DNA from: Lama guanicoe
Lineage: Eukaryota
NCBI GenBank assembly: GCA_013239625.1
Contig: MU054323.1
Location: 5,011,220-5,075,219 of the forward strand
DNA: 64,000 bases
Direction: 5' to 3'
Below the pieces are notes generated by a model, which saw nothing but the letters and a program-made list of their open reading frames with translations, ran no database searches and was not told the origin of the DNA. Positions 51,162 through 64,000 of this stretch are shown here, piece after piece. The stretch's first letter is position 1. Each line of letters starts with the position of its first letter. A program made the translations under genes and the position numbers.

Positions 51162-51929
51162 GTCAAAGTAATACCAAGAGTAGTTTAAGGGATAACGGCT
51201 CCTCATCTTGGAAAATCTCTAACGCTAGAATTTGAGTACTGCACATTACACGATGTCGAGGTCCTATAAGAAAGTAATAAAGTCACCTGTGATTGAGAAT
51301 TCAGGCCATATTCGCAGGCCCGCTCCTGTATTTCCTTATAATACGTCCTCTCGCTTATTTTGATGTGAGATATCAGTGATGGGAGAAGAGTTGCTGAACT
51401 GGAAGGGACTGTGCAACGCAGAGGGAGGGGGCTTTCTAACTCATCTGTACTCATTTAGACCACGAGTGCAAAACACCATCACCTATGGCCAGGTGGCCAG
51501 GAAGGATCATGGCGTCAGTTAGGTTTCCTTAGAGTCTGTAAGGCAGACCTCTTTTCTCACTGAGTTATCCAAAGACAAAAGTCTATGTCTCCAGCACAGT
51601 CATTAATTATGAAGTCACCACACATATTTCATTAATGTTTGCTTGCTTCTCACAAATCCCTCTAAGGGGGCAGGGGCTGTGTATAAACCTAACCCTATTT
51701 AGCATACACAAGAAAGAGACTTTGATTATGATCTGTATGATGATAAAGTTCTTTACTAGACTGTGCGTTCCTTGAAGGAAATGAATTTACTCTTCATTTA
51801 TTAAACAAATATTTATAACTTTCTAAAGATGGTGAAACTCCTTCCTCATTACCTCTAATGTTTCCCCAACACTTCTGTAATCCACACTGCACTACACAAA
51901 TGGTTCACACTCGAGTCATATGTTAACAT

Positions 51930-52110
51930 CTTAAAGCAATGACCCTATGTGGTAAGTACTGGTACGACTTCCATCTTCGTGTGGAAGGGCTAAAGCCAAG
52001 GGCGTCCTCAAGGGCACAGAATGACTAAGTGGTGATGCTGGGATGTGCACCCAGGCAGTTTGGCTTCCAAGTCCGTGTACTTGTTCCCATCACTCCATTA
52101 CCTCTCCACT
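51930..52110 (-). mobile_element. MIR SINE
   Basis: accctatgtggtaagtact...ctaagtggtgatgctgggatgtgcacccaggcagtttggcttccaag. Confidence 0.65.
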
Positions 52111-52199
52111 TTTGCATTATCTTTCTGTTACTAGTGTTTACTATAGCTCCTTGCAAAGAGTAGATGAATGCTGACTCAATACGCCAACTAAAGAATGAG

Positions 52200-52470
52200 C
52201 ATGATGATGGTGAGAAGATAATGAAAACAGTGATTTACAGTTACTGAGTACCTGCCATACTGTGTTTCAAGAATTACAAGCATCATATCATATAGTCCCC
52301 TCCAGAGCCACAATGTTGGTTTCTGCCTTCTTCACTTAACTAGTACAAAACCTGAGACTGAGCAAAATTAAAATAATTATACAATGTTACATAATTGGCC
52401 AGCTATAGAGCCAAAATTTGACCACTGGTCTTTCTAACTATAATATCCATGTTCTTCTACTGCAGCTTAA
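52200..52470 (-). mobile_element. MIR SINE
   Basis: ttactgagtacctgcca...aaacctgagactgag...agagccaaaatttgacc...tctaactataatatccatgttctt. Confidence 0.6.
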
Positions 52471-52655
52471 AGACATCAATTCTGGGATTACTTTGCCAAA
52501 TACTGACTAATTATTTGTAGCTTCCTGTTGCACATGAATCTCTCTTTACAAAATAAGGTTAAAATATTCTTTACCAAGTACAGTTTATTAAAAACAAAAA
52601 AGACCTACAGAATAACAAAATGAAATCAGTCTCCCTCCCACTCTCTGTCTCTCTT

Positions 52656-52696
52656 CACACACACACAAACACCACACACACACACACACACACACA
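52656..52696 (+). repeat. Interrupted (CA)n microsatellite
   Basis: Direct read. Confidence 0.9.
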
Positions 52697-53699
52697 GAGA
52701 AACGCATCTTACCCCACAGGATAGCAAGTTGAAAGTCACTATGCATCAACCATAAATCCCAACGGATCTAATGGAAAGAGTCTGAATGAAATTGAGATTA
52801 ATATAGTAGGCAAAATGGATAAAATACCATTTGTGATTTAAAATCCATAAAGCAACTCTAAGGGCACTGTGATTTATTCTATATTAAATCCATTTCCCAA
52901 TCCTAATATTCATGCCCACATGTTTTTAATATGCTATTTAACCACACATTTTACAGACATAAACATCACCATATGAGCTTTCAATTAGCATTGATTTTCA
53001 TCCTGAAGAAGTGCCTATTGAAATGAAATGGTAGGAATGGCTGGGAACTGATGTATGTGGAGTTAAAGTGCTGTTAATTCCATTGCTTTATCTGATCCAA
53101 AGTCGCTTAGATTATATTAAATTAGCCATCTGCTTGGCTTTCTCCTTGGAATGTCTGCCAGATGCAGAATGTGCTTACAGGTTCATTAACACGACCCAAC
53201 CTCAACAACCACCTCCTTGTGGTAACACTAGTGACCAGACATTTCCCTGAGAAGACGTCACGGGAAAAATGCGTCAGCAACACTTAAAGAAATGCTTTCA
53301 GAAAAGAATGTTTCAACTTATTATCAAATTTTAAAAATTCCCTTTTATCGGAAGGTAGTTTGAGCCAAGGATTCATACCAAATACTGACTGATTTTTACT
53401 TAATTCTGTTTTGACAATGACAGTCAAGTATACTCCAATGTGAAAAAAAAAACCAATTTACACCAATTTAGATATTTATTAATTACCTTAGAACCATTCA
53501 CGTTCCATGCATGAAAGTGAATGTTCTGCTACTTTATAATTTTTAACTTAATATTACCAAGTGAATTCCCAAGAGCGGATGACTATGCTACCTGATAGAA
53601 TACTAAGGTGTATTTCAGCCTAGTGATGGAAATATATATAGTATATATATATATATACTAATTTCATTACTATGACAAACTATCAGATATGTGTACTGC

Positions 53700-54660
53700 T
53701 ATACTCTGAAGCAATTACAATGAGTAACATCTGAGTCGGGTCTTGAACGCATTAGAGGAACTAAATTAGGCATTCTACATAGAGTGAACATTTATTAAAG
53801 GGCATTTTCAGTTGCGAAGTTAAACATCCAGTGCGGGGAACTGGAGAAAGATGAGGTTGAAAAGATTCTCAGAGGCCAGATCATGAAGATCCTCGATGGC
53901 TTTCTAGGAAGCCTGGTCTTTAATGTGTATGTTATAAACAGAGAGTCACTGGACAGTTTTAAGCAGAAAAGTCACATAGTATGCCTGTAATTTAGAAACG
54001 TGAGGAAAGTGTGAATGTCAACAAGGAGTTACCTGAACCACAAGCACCTGAGATCAGACTATGGTAAAGGAAGAGAGAGAGAATGAAAAGCTTAGCCAAC
54101 ACAGAGAAAGTAGAGATGCAGAGAAGGGGATGGAGTGAACAGTTACTTAGGAAGTAAACTCGGTGGGATGGGTTTCACAGTTGGAAATGGGCATGTTGAG
54201 AGAGGACGATGTTTCAGATAACCTCCAGATTTCTAATAGGTACAATCTATTGGTATGAGTTGAAAATTGAGAGGAAAGTTATGGAAATTAATTAGAGGAA
54301 GTATGGGACCACCCTTTATCTTTGGATATTTTGAATTCAGTGTGAATATTCGATATTCTGGGAGAAATACCTGTAGGCAGTTAGCTTTATAAATCTGAAA
54401 CATCAGAGAATGGTCTGAGCTAGAGATATAAATTTGAGGTTCATTGATGTATACCACAAACTTGGGGCCGTGGAAATTAAGTGAAGTTATCCAGGGAGGA
54501 TATGTGTAATGAAAAGATAAGGATGCTAAATATAAAACTCAGAGTAACATCATTTTTTAAGGCACAGGAGGAAGGAAAGACTGCAAAGGTCTATTCAGAG
54601 ATGTAGAAGGAAAACAAAGGGGAAGTATCAGTGCAGGAGCCACTGAAAGAAAGAGTAACT
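53700..54660 (-). mobile_element. L2 ORF2/3' region
   Basis: ggccagatcatgaag...gagtcactggacagttttaagcag...tttggatattttgaattc...gtaggcagttagc...gagaatggtctgagctagagatataaatttgag. Confidence 0.8.
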
Positions 54661-54989
54661 GTAATAAGGAAAAAGGTCAAGACACTGTAAGGCTGTGGGA
54701 AACACATTTTCCTGCTCTCAGTACCATAAAGCCTGAAAAAGCAGTGGGTCAAAAATGAATGAATGAACGAATGAACAGGCATAGAAATTGATGGAAAGTG
54801 TGCAATCTATCCAAACATGAGTATATACCAAGTAAATTTAAAAAATTCCGTAAGACTGAGCTTCCTGGTTTAGCTTCTAATTTATCCATCTAGAAAGAGA
54901 AAATCGGAGCTGGAAGATTCAGTAAAATTAAGAAAACTTTTAACACTTCTGCTTTAGAGTTTTAAAATTTCTTTCCAGTACATGATGTC

Positions 54990-55185
54990 ATTGAAGCCTT
55001 AAACAGCATTATGGAATACTTAAAGAATTATTATCATATCATCATTCTTATCCTCATTTCATAGTGAAGAAAACTAATATAGAGAAAAATAAAATTGAAA
55101 GGGCCAGTTGTCTCCACACAGCCTGTGAGGAACACATTCAGGACCCAAATCCAAATCTCTCGGCTTCAAATTCTAAACTGCAGTG
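54990..55185 (-). mobile_element. MIR SINE
   Basis: ttatcctcatttcatagtgaagaaaactaa...cacacagcc...ggacccaaatccaaatctctcggcttcaaa. Confidence 0.55.
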
Positions 55186-55807
55186 AAAAACTAAAATGAA
55201 TTCTAAGTGCTCTGTGACAAACAATACAGCAATTTGGGCTAGGTCATCTCATCTCTGACTTTAATGGAGTAAAGGAGAGAAAGGAAGCGTGATGATCTTT
55301 CTCCCAGCTCTATGCCTGCATTTCTATTAAATGTTCTAAAAGTTGTGCAATTGTAAATGTCCCCCGGTATTAATGAACAGCTACCCAACCCTATAAAAAT
55401 ACTACTTTAAATTCAATTAATTTTCTAAAGAACTAAAGTTTATGTCTTGGAGCAAAGTATTTCATTTTGATTAATTATCATTCAATATTTATAAAAGTTC
55501 ATGTTTCTGTTAAGTTGGAGCACTAACTCCCATCACAGGCTCTAATAAATGATGATGGGTAATTATTATTTCAATTACCTAGATCTTTTTTTTTTTTTAA
55601 AGATGTTCACTTGGACTAGAAATTGGACAGTGCTCACCCATTTTGATGCAATGGTCCCAGGGTAACTTGCAGGCAATTGCTGATAATGTAGGAAGTATCA
55701 CTGTATTTAGGATGTAAAATATATAGAATGGAATGTATCCCAGACAAGAGATATTCAGAGTTGAATTGACACCAACTTTCCTGAAAACATGTCAACTCTA
55801 CACATTT

Positions 55808-56675
55808 TACTTACTTTATTTATTTATTTTTATTAATAGACTTTATTTTTAGGGCAATTTTATGTTTTTCTAAAAAGAAAACAGTGCAGATGGTTCCTAT
55901 ATACTCCACATCCAAAGCTAAATCTTCCATGGGTGTCACATTTATTATAATTAATGAATCAACACTGACACATGATTGTTTACTAAAATCCATATTGTAT
56001 TCCTGTTTCCTTGGTTTTTACCTCTTGTCCTTTTCCTGTCCCAGGATTCCATCTAGGATACCACATGACATTTAGTTTTCATGTTTTTTAGGCTCCTCAG
56101 AATGGTGACTGGTTCAAAGAGTTTCCTTGTTTTTAATGACCTTGACAGTTTTGAGGAGCACTAATTAGATATATCATAGGATTCCTCCCTGTTAATATTC
56201 GTCTGATGGCTTTCTAATGGCTAGACTGGGGTTACGGGCTTTAGGGAGGAACATAACAGAGGTAAAGTGCCATTGTTATCACATCCTTATCAAGGGTGCA
56301 TCCTATCAACATGATTTATGACTGTTGACGTTGACCTTGGTCATCTGCTGCTGAAAGTAGCTTGCACAAGTTAGACTCACTTTCCATTTTCTACACTGTA
56401 CTCTTTGAATGGACATCACTGTGCAAAACCCCAAGTTAAAGAGTGGGGAGCACTGCTCCCTCTCTGAGGGCTGAGTATCTACATACTTTATTTGAAAGTT
56501 TTCATAATGGGAGATTTCTCTCCTCTCCATTTATTAATTTCTTCAGTCAATTATACTAATATGGACCCATGGGCATTTATTTTATCTTATAGGTAATAAT
56601 CTAGTGCTACTTCACTTATGTTATCGTTCAAATGGCTCCAACTTTGCCATTGAGAACTCTTTTAGTTAGCCCACT
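55808..56675 (-). mobile_element. L1MC-like 3'UTR with T-rich (antisense poly(A)) end
   Basis: tttattaatagactttatttttagggc...tgtcccaggattccatctaggataccac...tgaccttgacagttttgaggag...acagaggtaaagtgccatt...ctttgccattgagaactctt. Confidence 0.88.
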
Positions 56676-57829
56676 TGCTTTATTTTAAGGTACACCAGTA
56701 TATGTGTGCGTGCTCTAGGAATAACCTTCTACATCGAGCTCACTGGAGGACGGGAAGAGGGAGAAAAACCAAGTCCTCACTTCAATAGAATCAGAATGGC
56801 ATTAGACAAAATTTTTAAAATATTCTATCTGAATAAACAAAAACATAAATATTATGAGTCCTTAAGTGAAAAGCTGCTAAGTAAAAGCCAACATTTAAAT
56901 CCATGATAAAACATAAAAGGTTAAATTATTTAATATTATAGAAATTATTATCTAAAAAGCTTTTTCAAATTAGAAAAAAATCAATATTTATAAAGAACAT
57001 AACTTTATGACTAAAAAATGTGAAGAAACCCATTAAAAATACTATTCTTGATAATATAATTGAGTTGACTATAAGACAAATTTAAAAACCTCAGTAAATT
57101 TCCTATACATCAGTAATAAATAAGATGAAAAACAACAACAAAAAATCCATTCATTCTCAAAATTAGAACATGAAATAAACTTATTTTGATGTGCACAATT
57201 CTTTGTGATCAAGATAACTAGACTGCGTCTAGCTGTGTGGTAGACCAGATACCCTGAATGGGTTTCTTATTACAAAATAAATAAGTAAACAAACAAACAA
57301 ATAAAGCAAAAATGGTGATTAAAACAGAAAAGTGATCATTAAGAACACATTGCTGACCCAGTACAAATTGAAGATATAAGCAGAGGCTCAATTTAAAAAA
57401 AATAGTAAAAGCCAGAACTTTGGTAAGTAAGTGGTATCTCAAAATAGCTTCTACCCCAAAGATTTTTGACAAACCCTCGAGATTTTGAGCTCCCAAACTG
57501 CCACTTACACAAATTTCTAAGATAGAAGAAAAGGCTTAGGGCCATCCAAGATAAAGTGCCTATCAGGAAAGCTTCACATAACCCTGGGTTCATAATGTAC
57601 ACCCTCAGTATAAGTGTAAACAAAATCTAAAACTACTGCACCCAAGAAAACAGCAAGGACATTTTATGTTTAGGTTTTGAGGCCAAATGTAGCAGGAATC
57701 TTCACTGAGAAGTCAAAAAACAATGGTTTATATAGCTGAAGAGAAAATTAGTAAAGTGGAATGCACATAAGAAATGCTCCAAATATGTTCTAGAAGAAGA
57801 CAATAGTGAGGAACAAATATGTGAAGGAA

Positions 57830-58650
57830 TTTTTCTTCATCGACAGACTCCATTAACAATGTGAAAGGCAAACCCACAAGTGGGAGACAACATTTAGATT
57901 GGATATGACAGAGGATTTACATCAAGTAGATGTGAAAAAGTCTCGTGCATGTCAATAAATGACTGCAACCCAATTTCGTCTTAAGATAGATCAAAGACCT
58001 CACAAGGTATTCCACAAAGGGAGAAATTAAACAGCTAACAGTCATATGAAAAGGTGTCTGATTTCATTAGATATCTGAAATTAGAACCATAATGAAACAC
58101 AGCTGTACGCCGACAGAAAAAAAAAAAAAGAAATGAAAAAAGCCTATTATACTAAGAGGCAGTAAAAATAAGGAACAACTTAAACTCTCATACATTACAA
58201 TGGCAGAGTAAATCATTTAACCATTTTGGGAAACTAACAATCTGTACAAAAGCTGAACATATCCATAGCCTGTGATACCACACTTTCATTTATTCCACCA
58301 GGAATGCACACATATGTGCATCAAAAAGTATGTACAGTCATGTTCACAGCAGCATTTTCCCTAATAGACAGAAACTGGAAACAAGTCCAGTGACCATCAA
58401 TAAGGTTGAATATATTACTAGAATGGAATATTATATAAACTTTATACATTACTCAGTATTAATCTCACCAGCAGCAATATGCTGCTGCACAGAAGGAGCC
58501 AGACACAAAAAACTCATACAGCATGAATACAATTAGAAAGTTCAAATACAGTCAAAAATAATATATGTCATTGGAAGCAAAGATTGTAGTTACTTTTGGA
58601 TGGAAATGACGATGAAGGTAAAACTGGTAAAGGGAGACTTTGAGGGTGGA
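57830..58650 (+). mobile_element. L1ME-like ORF2 end plus 3'UTR
   Basis: gtgaaaggcaaacccacaagtgggagac...atgttcacagcagcatt...aaactggaaacaa...gccagacacaaaa. Confidence 0.75.
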
Positions 58651-58699
58651 AAAGGGAAAGAAGGCTATTCACAATGTCAAGAAAAACATGGCAGACTTA

Positions 58700-60310
58700 G
58701 AAATAATACCAACAGAAGATAAAGCGAGTCTTTCAGGAAAAAATTACAAACTCTTTTGAAGATATTAAAGAAGATCTAAATAAAGTAAGAGATATAAAAC
58801 TCTGTATAGGACAAGAAGACTGACTATTATGAGGATGTAAATTGTCCCCATATTTACATTTAATTTCAATGAAATTCCAAGTCCAATACCTACAAATTGT
58901 TCATGGAAAGGACAAAGTGATTCTAAAATGTACATGAAAACACAAGAGATTAAAAAAAGAGCCAGGCACTCCTAAAAGAGAGTGGGATGAGGTGACTTTC
59001 CCTAACAGACAGCAAGACATTAAAAACCATAGTCATTAAGATTCATGCACATACGCAAATAAGATTTACAACTGAGCTGATCCCCTTGATCAGTGGAGAA
59101 AGGACAGGTTACCTAACTGTGCTTAAATAATTGGTTATCCAGGCAAAATAATTAATTTGTATCCCTCCCTCATACCGTACCAAAAATTTTTAAGTAGATT
59201 AAAAACTTCAATGTAAAGCAACATTATAAACCTTTTAGAAAAGGACAGAGGCAAATGTTGCCATGACCTCATAACAGGAAAGAATCTCTTAAGCAACACA
59301 TTAAAAAGAACGAATATTAAAAGAAAGTATCACAAGTATATGAAGTTCTGTCATCATATGGTGAGTAAAGGGCAAGCCTTACATTGGGAAAGATATTTAC
59401 ACAGCATATAATTATTAAATTCTTATATTGAATAGACTCTTCCAAAGCAATGCAAAAATACCAAAAAGCAGAAACATGGGTAAAAGGCATGAAGAGGAGA
59501 GAAAATGGGAAATAAGCATGGAGAAAGAGTCTCTACCTCACTGAGAATAAGAGATGTTTAAATAAAAAACATGGTACCTGATAAAAAGGTAAATAAATTA
59601 GGACCATTCCACACCTACCTGACTGGCAAACATTAAAAAGGCAAATGGTACCAGATATTGGAGAAATTCTGAAGCAAAATACACTCACCCCCTTACCGCT
59701 GTGCGATCCTACATTAACCCAACTCTTTGGAAAACGATCTAACATTACTGAGTGACATTGACAGCTTACACACCCAACCTGCCACTTCGAGATGGACGTT
59801 CCAGAGAAACTCTTGGCTGTGCATAGCATGCGTCTTGTACAAGAATATCCTCATCCGCATTTTAATAAAAGCAAAAGATGGAAAAACCCAAATGTCTTAT
59901 CAATCATTACACATACAAATATAGTCCAGTATATTTTTATAGCAGTAAAATTGTGAACCATACTACAACTACACAGCGACTTATAACTACATGGATGAAT
60001 AATTGAAGCATAATTTTGCTGCAAAGAAGCAAATCAAAGAAGCAGCCCTACCATATGTTGTTGAAGTGTGTGTGAGATGTTAGACTATCTTTAATAAAAG
60101 CATGACACTGATGAACACAGAATCCAGAATAATGGTTCCCTGGGGGAGAGAGCACAGTATGCAATCAGAGGGCCACTCTGACCATTATTGCTGATCCTCT
60201 TATTAAACTGAGCTTTGACTACCTGGGTAATCATCTTACTTTTCTTGAAAATTGACCTATGTAGTTTATGAACTTTCTATATATGGAATATACTCCATCA
60301 TACAAAGTCA
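58700..60310 (+). mobile_element. L1ME-like ORF2 3' half plus 3'UTR
   Basis: attaaagaagatctaaataaa...tgattctaaaatgtacatg...ccctcataccgtaccaaaa...gactggcaaacattaaaaag...catggatgaat. Confidence 0.75.
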
Positions 60311-63087
60311 AGTTACGGAGAAAAGAGAAAAATACGAAAGTTTTATTTAGCTGGTTTAAAGGTTTGAATAAAAGAGATTTTAAATCTCCCAGATGAGAAG
60401 CTAAAGCATAAAAGAAGAATATTTTGAGATTTCTATACAGGTCTAAGTCTCGGAAAAATAATTGTTCTCTGTAATCTGACTATCTACAAATTGAAAAAAA
60501 TTGTATATATATGAACAGCTTAAAATATTAAGGATATTCTGGAAAGACCAGAACCTTGGGGGTTTTTTGTGTTTTTCTTGGTTTTTTTTTCCCTTTGTGT
60601 GTCTCCATTGATCTCCCCAAATGGGAGTCTGAAAAACCCAGATAAAACCAGAAACCTTGCCTGAGGCTATAGCATGTGTCCATGGTAGCCGCTGCCTCTT
60701 TCTTCTTCACTATTTTTGCTTTGGCCCAGCTCATAGCCGGTTCCTTTTTGTACCCCTGCTAAGTGCCTCCAGACCACTCATCTTATCATCACACACTCCT
60801 GACTACACTGCAACCTCTTGTCTATCAATTTGAGGGCTACCCTACTTAGCTAGAGGCGCACCTATGGAGACCCCATCTGCCCTTACCTCTTGCAGAACCT
60901 TGTGGTGCCTTCTAACTATTGCCATTTCAGGCATTTTGCCGTTTTCAGATATCTAATTACAAGCCTTTTCTGCTAGGTTAACTGTACAAGTTTTCTCATT
61001 TGGGGGTCTTTTAGAGGAGAGGCAGTGAGCAGGAGGAAACTCTCATTTTCCTTCTCCTTTCAAGGAAAACAAATTCAGGGATTGGTGGGGTCAGGGATGC
61101 AAGTTTAATGGGCAAGAGACCAGAAGCATCTCCACACTTTCCTTGCATCTCTGAGGTTTCACATTCCATGTGGACTCCTCTCAGATCGCCCCCTCCTTCC
61201 CAGGCATCTCTCTCCAGGTCACCTTTGCTTCTCCTTGTGCCCTGACTTTCCTCACCACCATCCCCTTCTCACATTTATGAAACATCTTTACATCTGTATC
61301 TGTAGCAAAATGATTAAGACATAGGAAAAATGAGAGACTGCAATAGAATAAATGACCCACTCTATATTAACAGATAATTAACCCCCAAAATTAGAACTCA
61401 CTAGTAATGCAGTAATTCAAATTATAGCAAATAAAATAATGCTATACATGCATTGACATATGAAGATGAAGATAATCTGATTATCTAATTTAAACATGAT
61501 TAAAAATAATTGACAAACTAATTGCAATACTGTTTTAAATTAGTACTTTGGGAAAGCAAAACGGACATAATGTAAAGAAACCATAGAGATATTTGTAAAA
61601 GGAAACTATGTCATGTATGTAATGTATATATGCACACTATATTCAGAGGAGAGGCATTTACTCCAACCTTTTAAAGCAAAAACAAAATTCAGTTTACCAC
61701 CACTATCCACAACAAAAAACCAAATTAAGAAAACAAAGAATGTATTCAATATTAAGTTATTTTAATAAATGACATCACATTAACAGATAAAACATTTTTT
61801 CTGATATTTAAGAGCAGAAATATTGATGATATAACAAAAATTGATAGCTATAAGTCTATAAATGCACATTTTGCCTGCTGACTTCAACATGCACTGTTGA
61901 AAATGGACATTTTGTCATAGACTGTAGATGGATAACAATGCTTGACAATATGAAATTGCCAAATTTCAGCTGCTTTCGAACTAATAAAAAGGAAATGGCA
62001 TGTGGTTAAGTCTAATATATTAAAAATGCTACCTTGGAAGAAAAAGAGCATACTGTTTTGCTCTTAAGGAATGCCAGTCAACAGTATTTATAAGGGCAGA
62101 GAGCATTAGATTCCGCAGACTTCTTAAACCTCTTCAGTTTAATTATAAGCCCTTTGATGTTTAAGATACATTAAAAAAGCCCTTTGAACCCATGTATTTG
62201 TTTTTTTGCTGCACGATCTAAAAGTTTTCTAGTCTTCCCTTCACTTACAGAGCCGCAAGCATACGACGGTGATGAACACAGGGCACCTAATGGCACGTAA
62301 GCCCATATTTCTAATAAAATTCTAACGTGCCCCTCTACACAGTGCTTCAAGCCTAACCGGCTGCCTTTCAGCCTCTCCTGCCTATGCAAATCCATTTGGC
62401 CGAAACAACCTGAGAAAACCAGAATTATTTGCAGAATCACTGCAAAGGAGTTCAAGCATGGAAGAATCATTATTCATAATTTGCTGCCTATGGTAAAAAT
62501 CAGTACCAGTCTGTTCATTTTCACTTACTTACTCACTTAATAAATCATCGAGGAGACATGATTTTCAACCTCCCCCAAGAAAGACGAAATTCTTTCAGAA
62601 AATAATCACTCAATGATTTAAGCTGAAAATATAAATGTAGTGCACACACTACATAGAAATCTGTCAGCTATATAAATCTTACGCGTGTCCTCCTCCTCGT
62701 CTGTGGTATGACAATGCTAAGACACCAAAGGATGTTTATCAGCAAGATTTTTCAAATTGCTCAATGTCAAAATTTCTCATAGACATTTTCAAAACTTAAA
62801 TAAGTTGGATATAAACTCCACCCTGGTTGAGTCAATTTGGGAAAATGGACTTTAAAAAAAAAACAACAAACTCTGGATAAGAACAGATTTCTGGTGGGGT
62901 CTTTTTAAAAATCAGGTTGAAAACACAAAAAAGCAGAAAATCAGAAAATTAAAGGAAGAATTAAAATAAGGAGGAGAAAAGGTAAAGGGTAACATTTTTT
63001 TTTTTTTTTTACAAACTATGGTAGGGGACTTAGACACAAATGATGAAAGCAAGGAAATGTGTGTGTGAATGACGACTGTTGAATCTG

Positions 63088-63452
63088 TATCAATCACCGT
63101 GTGCTAGGCTACACTGTGTTAACAAACAGCTTCTAATCTCAGAGGCTTATGAGGATAAAGGTTTATTTCTTACCTTCACTGGCTGGGATCCAGGCTGATA
63201 CCACAGCTTGCCTGCACCTGGGACATGTGTTCTCACTGCACAGGGAAAGAAACAATGGTGGAATCGTGGGGTGGCTCTTTAAACTTCTCAGATGTGGCTT
63301 CCATCACTTCTGCTGGCCTTGCATTGGCCAAAGTTACAAGGCCAAGCTTGACATCAGTGGGAGGCAGAAAACATTCTCCACAGGGAGGGGCCCTGCAATG
63401 ACAAATGTGAGAGAATGGCAGCAAAGATTAGGGAATAATACAATATACCACA
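63088..63452 (-). mobile_element. MLT1 (MaLR) solo LTR, MLT1J/K-like
   Basis: tgtatc...ctaggctacactgtgttaacaaac...aatctcagaggctt...aaaggtttatttctt...cattggccaaagttacaaggccaagcttgacatcagtggg...aatataccaca. Confidence 0.8.
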
Positions 63453-64000
63453 ACTTCTTACAATACCCTTGATCCACATCAGATGGAAATTTCCAGATAA
63501 ACTTAACTTCAATCAAGGATAAGTTGTCTCAGTGGAACCTTAGTAAAGGAATTTAATTATAGAGTAATTTTTTTACAACTATTGTAAAAGGACCAATTTT
63601 TTTATCACATAGTTGGCACCCCAGTGTTTATGATCATACCAGTTCATGTTCATGGTTGAGATAGACATTATAGTAAGGATTAGAACTGATTGCTTCCTGT
63701 CTAAGTTTATTTTTCTTATTTCACTGTCTGTGGCTGGGGCTTTAAGGGGATTGTAGACATTGTTCTTTTCTTTCTTCCCTGAGATTGGAACCAGTTATGC
63801 AGCATACAAGACAGAAAATGGAGAGGAAAATATTAGCTGCATTTATGGTAAAAAACAGTTGTGCAATATAACATTAGATCTGCCAATAAAACAGCATGTT
63901 AATACTCAATACCCTTATATTAAACAGACTTTTCCATCATTAACTGGCAAAACTAGAAAACTTCTAGCCTCTAATAATGGAAACAGCACTTCCCTACATG

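Noticed and set aside
58469..58487. Hairpin cagcagca-ata-tgctgctg
   Set aside because: An 8-bp stem inside a decayed L1 3'UTR is expected by chance or local slippage.
1..64000. Novel multi-gene system, operon, CRISPR array or prophage
   Set aside because: The sequence is repeat-rich mammalian non-coding DNA. ORFs are short, often lack ATG starts and show no recognisable domains other than L1 ORF2p. No regularly spaced repeat-spacer array was seen.

Overview
Mammalian (eutherian) non-coding DNA, intronic or intergenic. It is most likely camelid, based on one vic-1-like tRNA-Ala-derived SINE at ~14181-14362. I found no host protein-coding exon, functional RNA gene, CpG island, CRISPR array or prokaryotic/viral system. 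The only recognisable peptides in the ORF track are LINE-1 ORF2p C-terminal remnants (38188-38757 minus, 45085-45300 plus). The window is a mosaic of old interspersed repeats (L2, MIR, L1, MLT1 and MER21 LTRs, MER5/MER58/MER81/MER8/MER44 DNA transposons) and microsatellites. Several repeat-poor unique blocks carry clustered homeodomain, TALE, SOX and bZIP motifs and look like developmental enhancers. The most notable structures are: an isolated L1 5'UTR-like fragment without poly(A) inside an L2; an inverted pair of related L1 3' ends ~6.6 kb apart; a perfect 45-bp and a diverged 42-bp tandem duplication; two copies of TAATCTGATTA, each associated with palindromic sequence; and overlapping splice-site pairs on both strands near 62.3 kb. 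I see no evidence for a new biological system. Repeat family names come from recalled consensus sequences, not a database search, and repeat boundaries are approximate.
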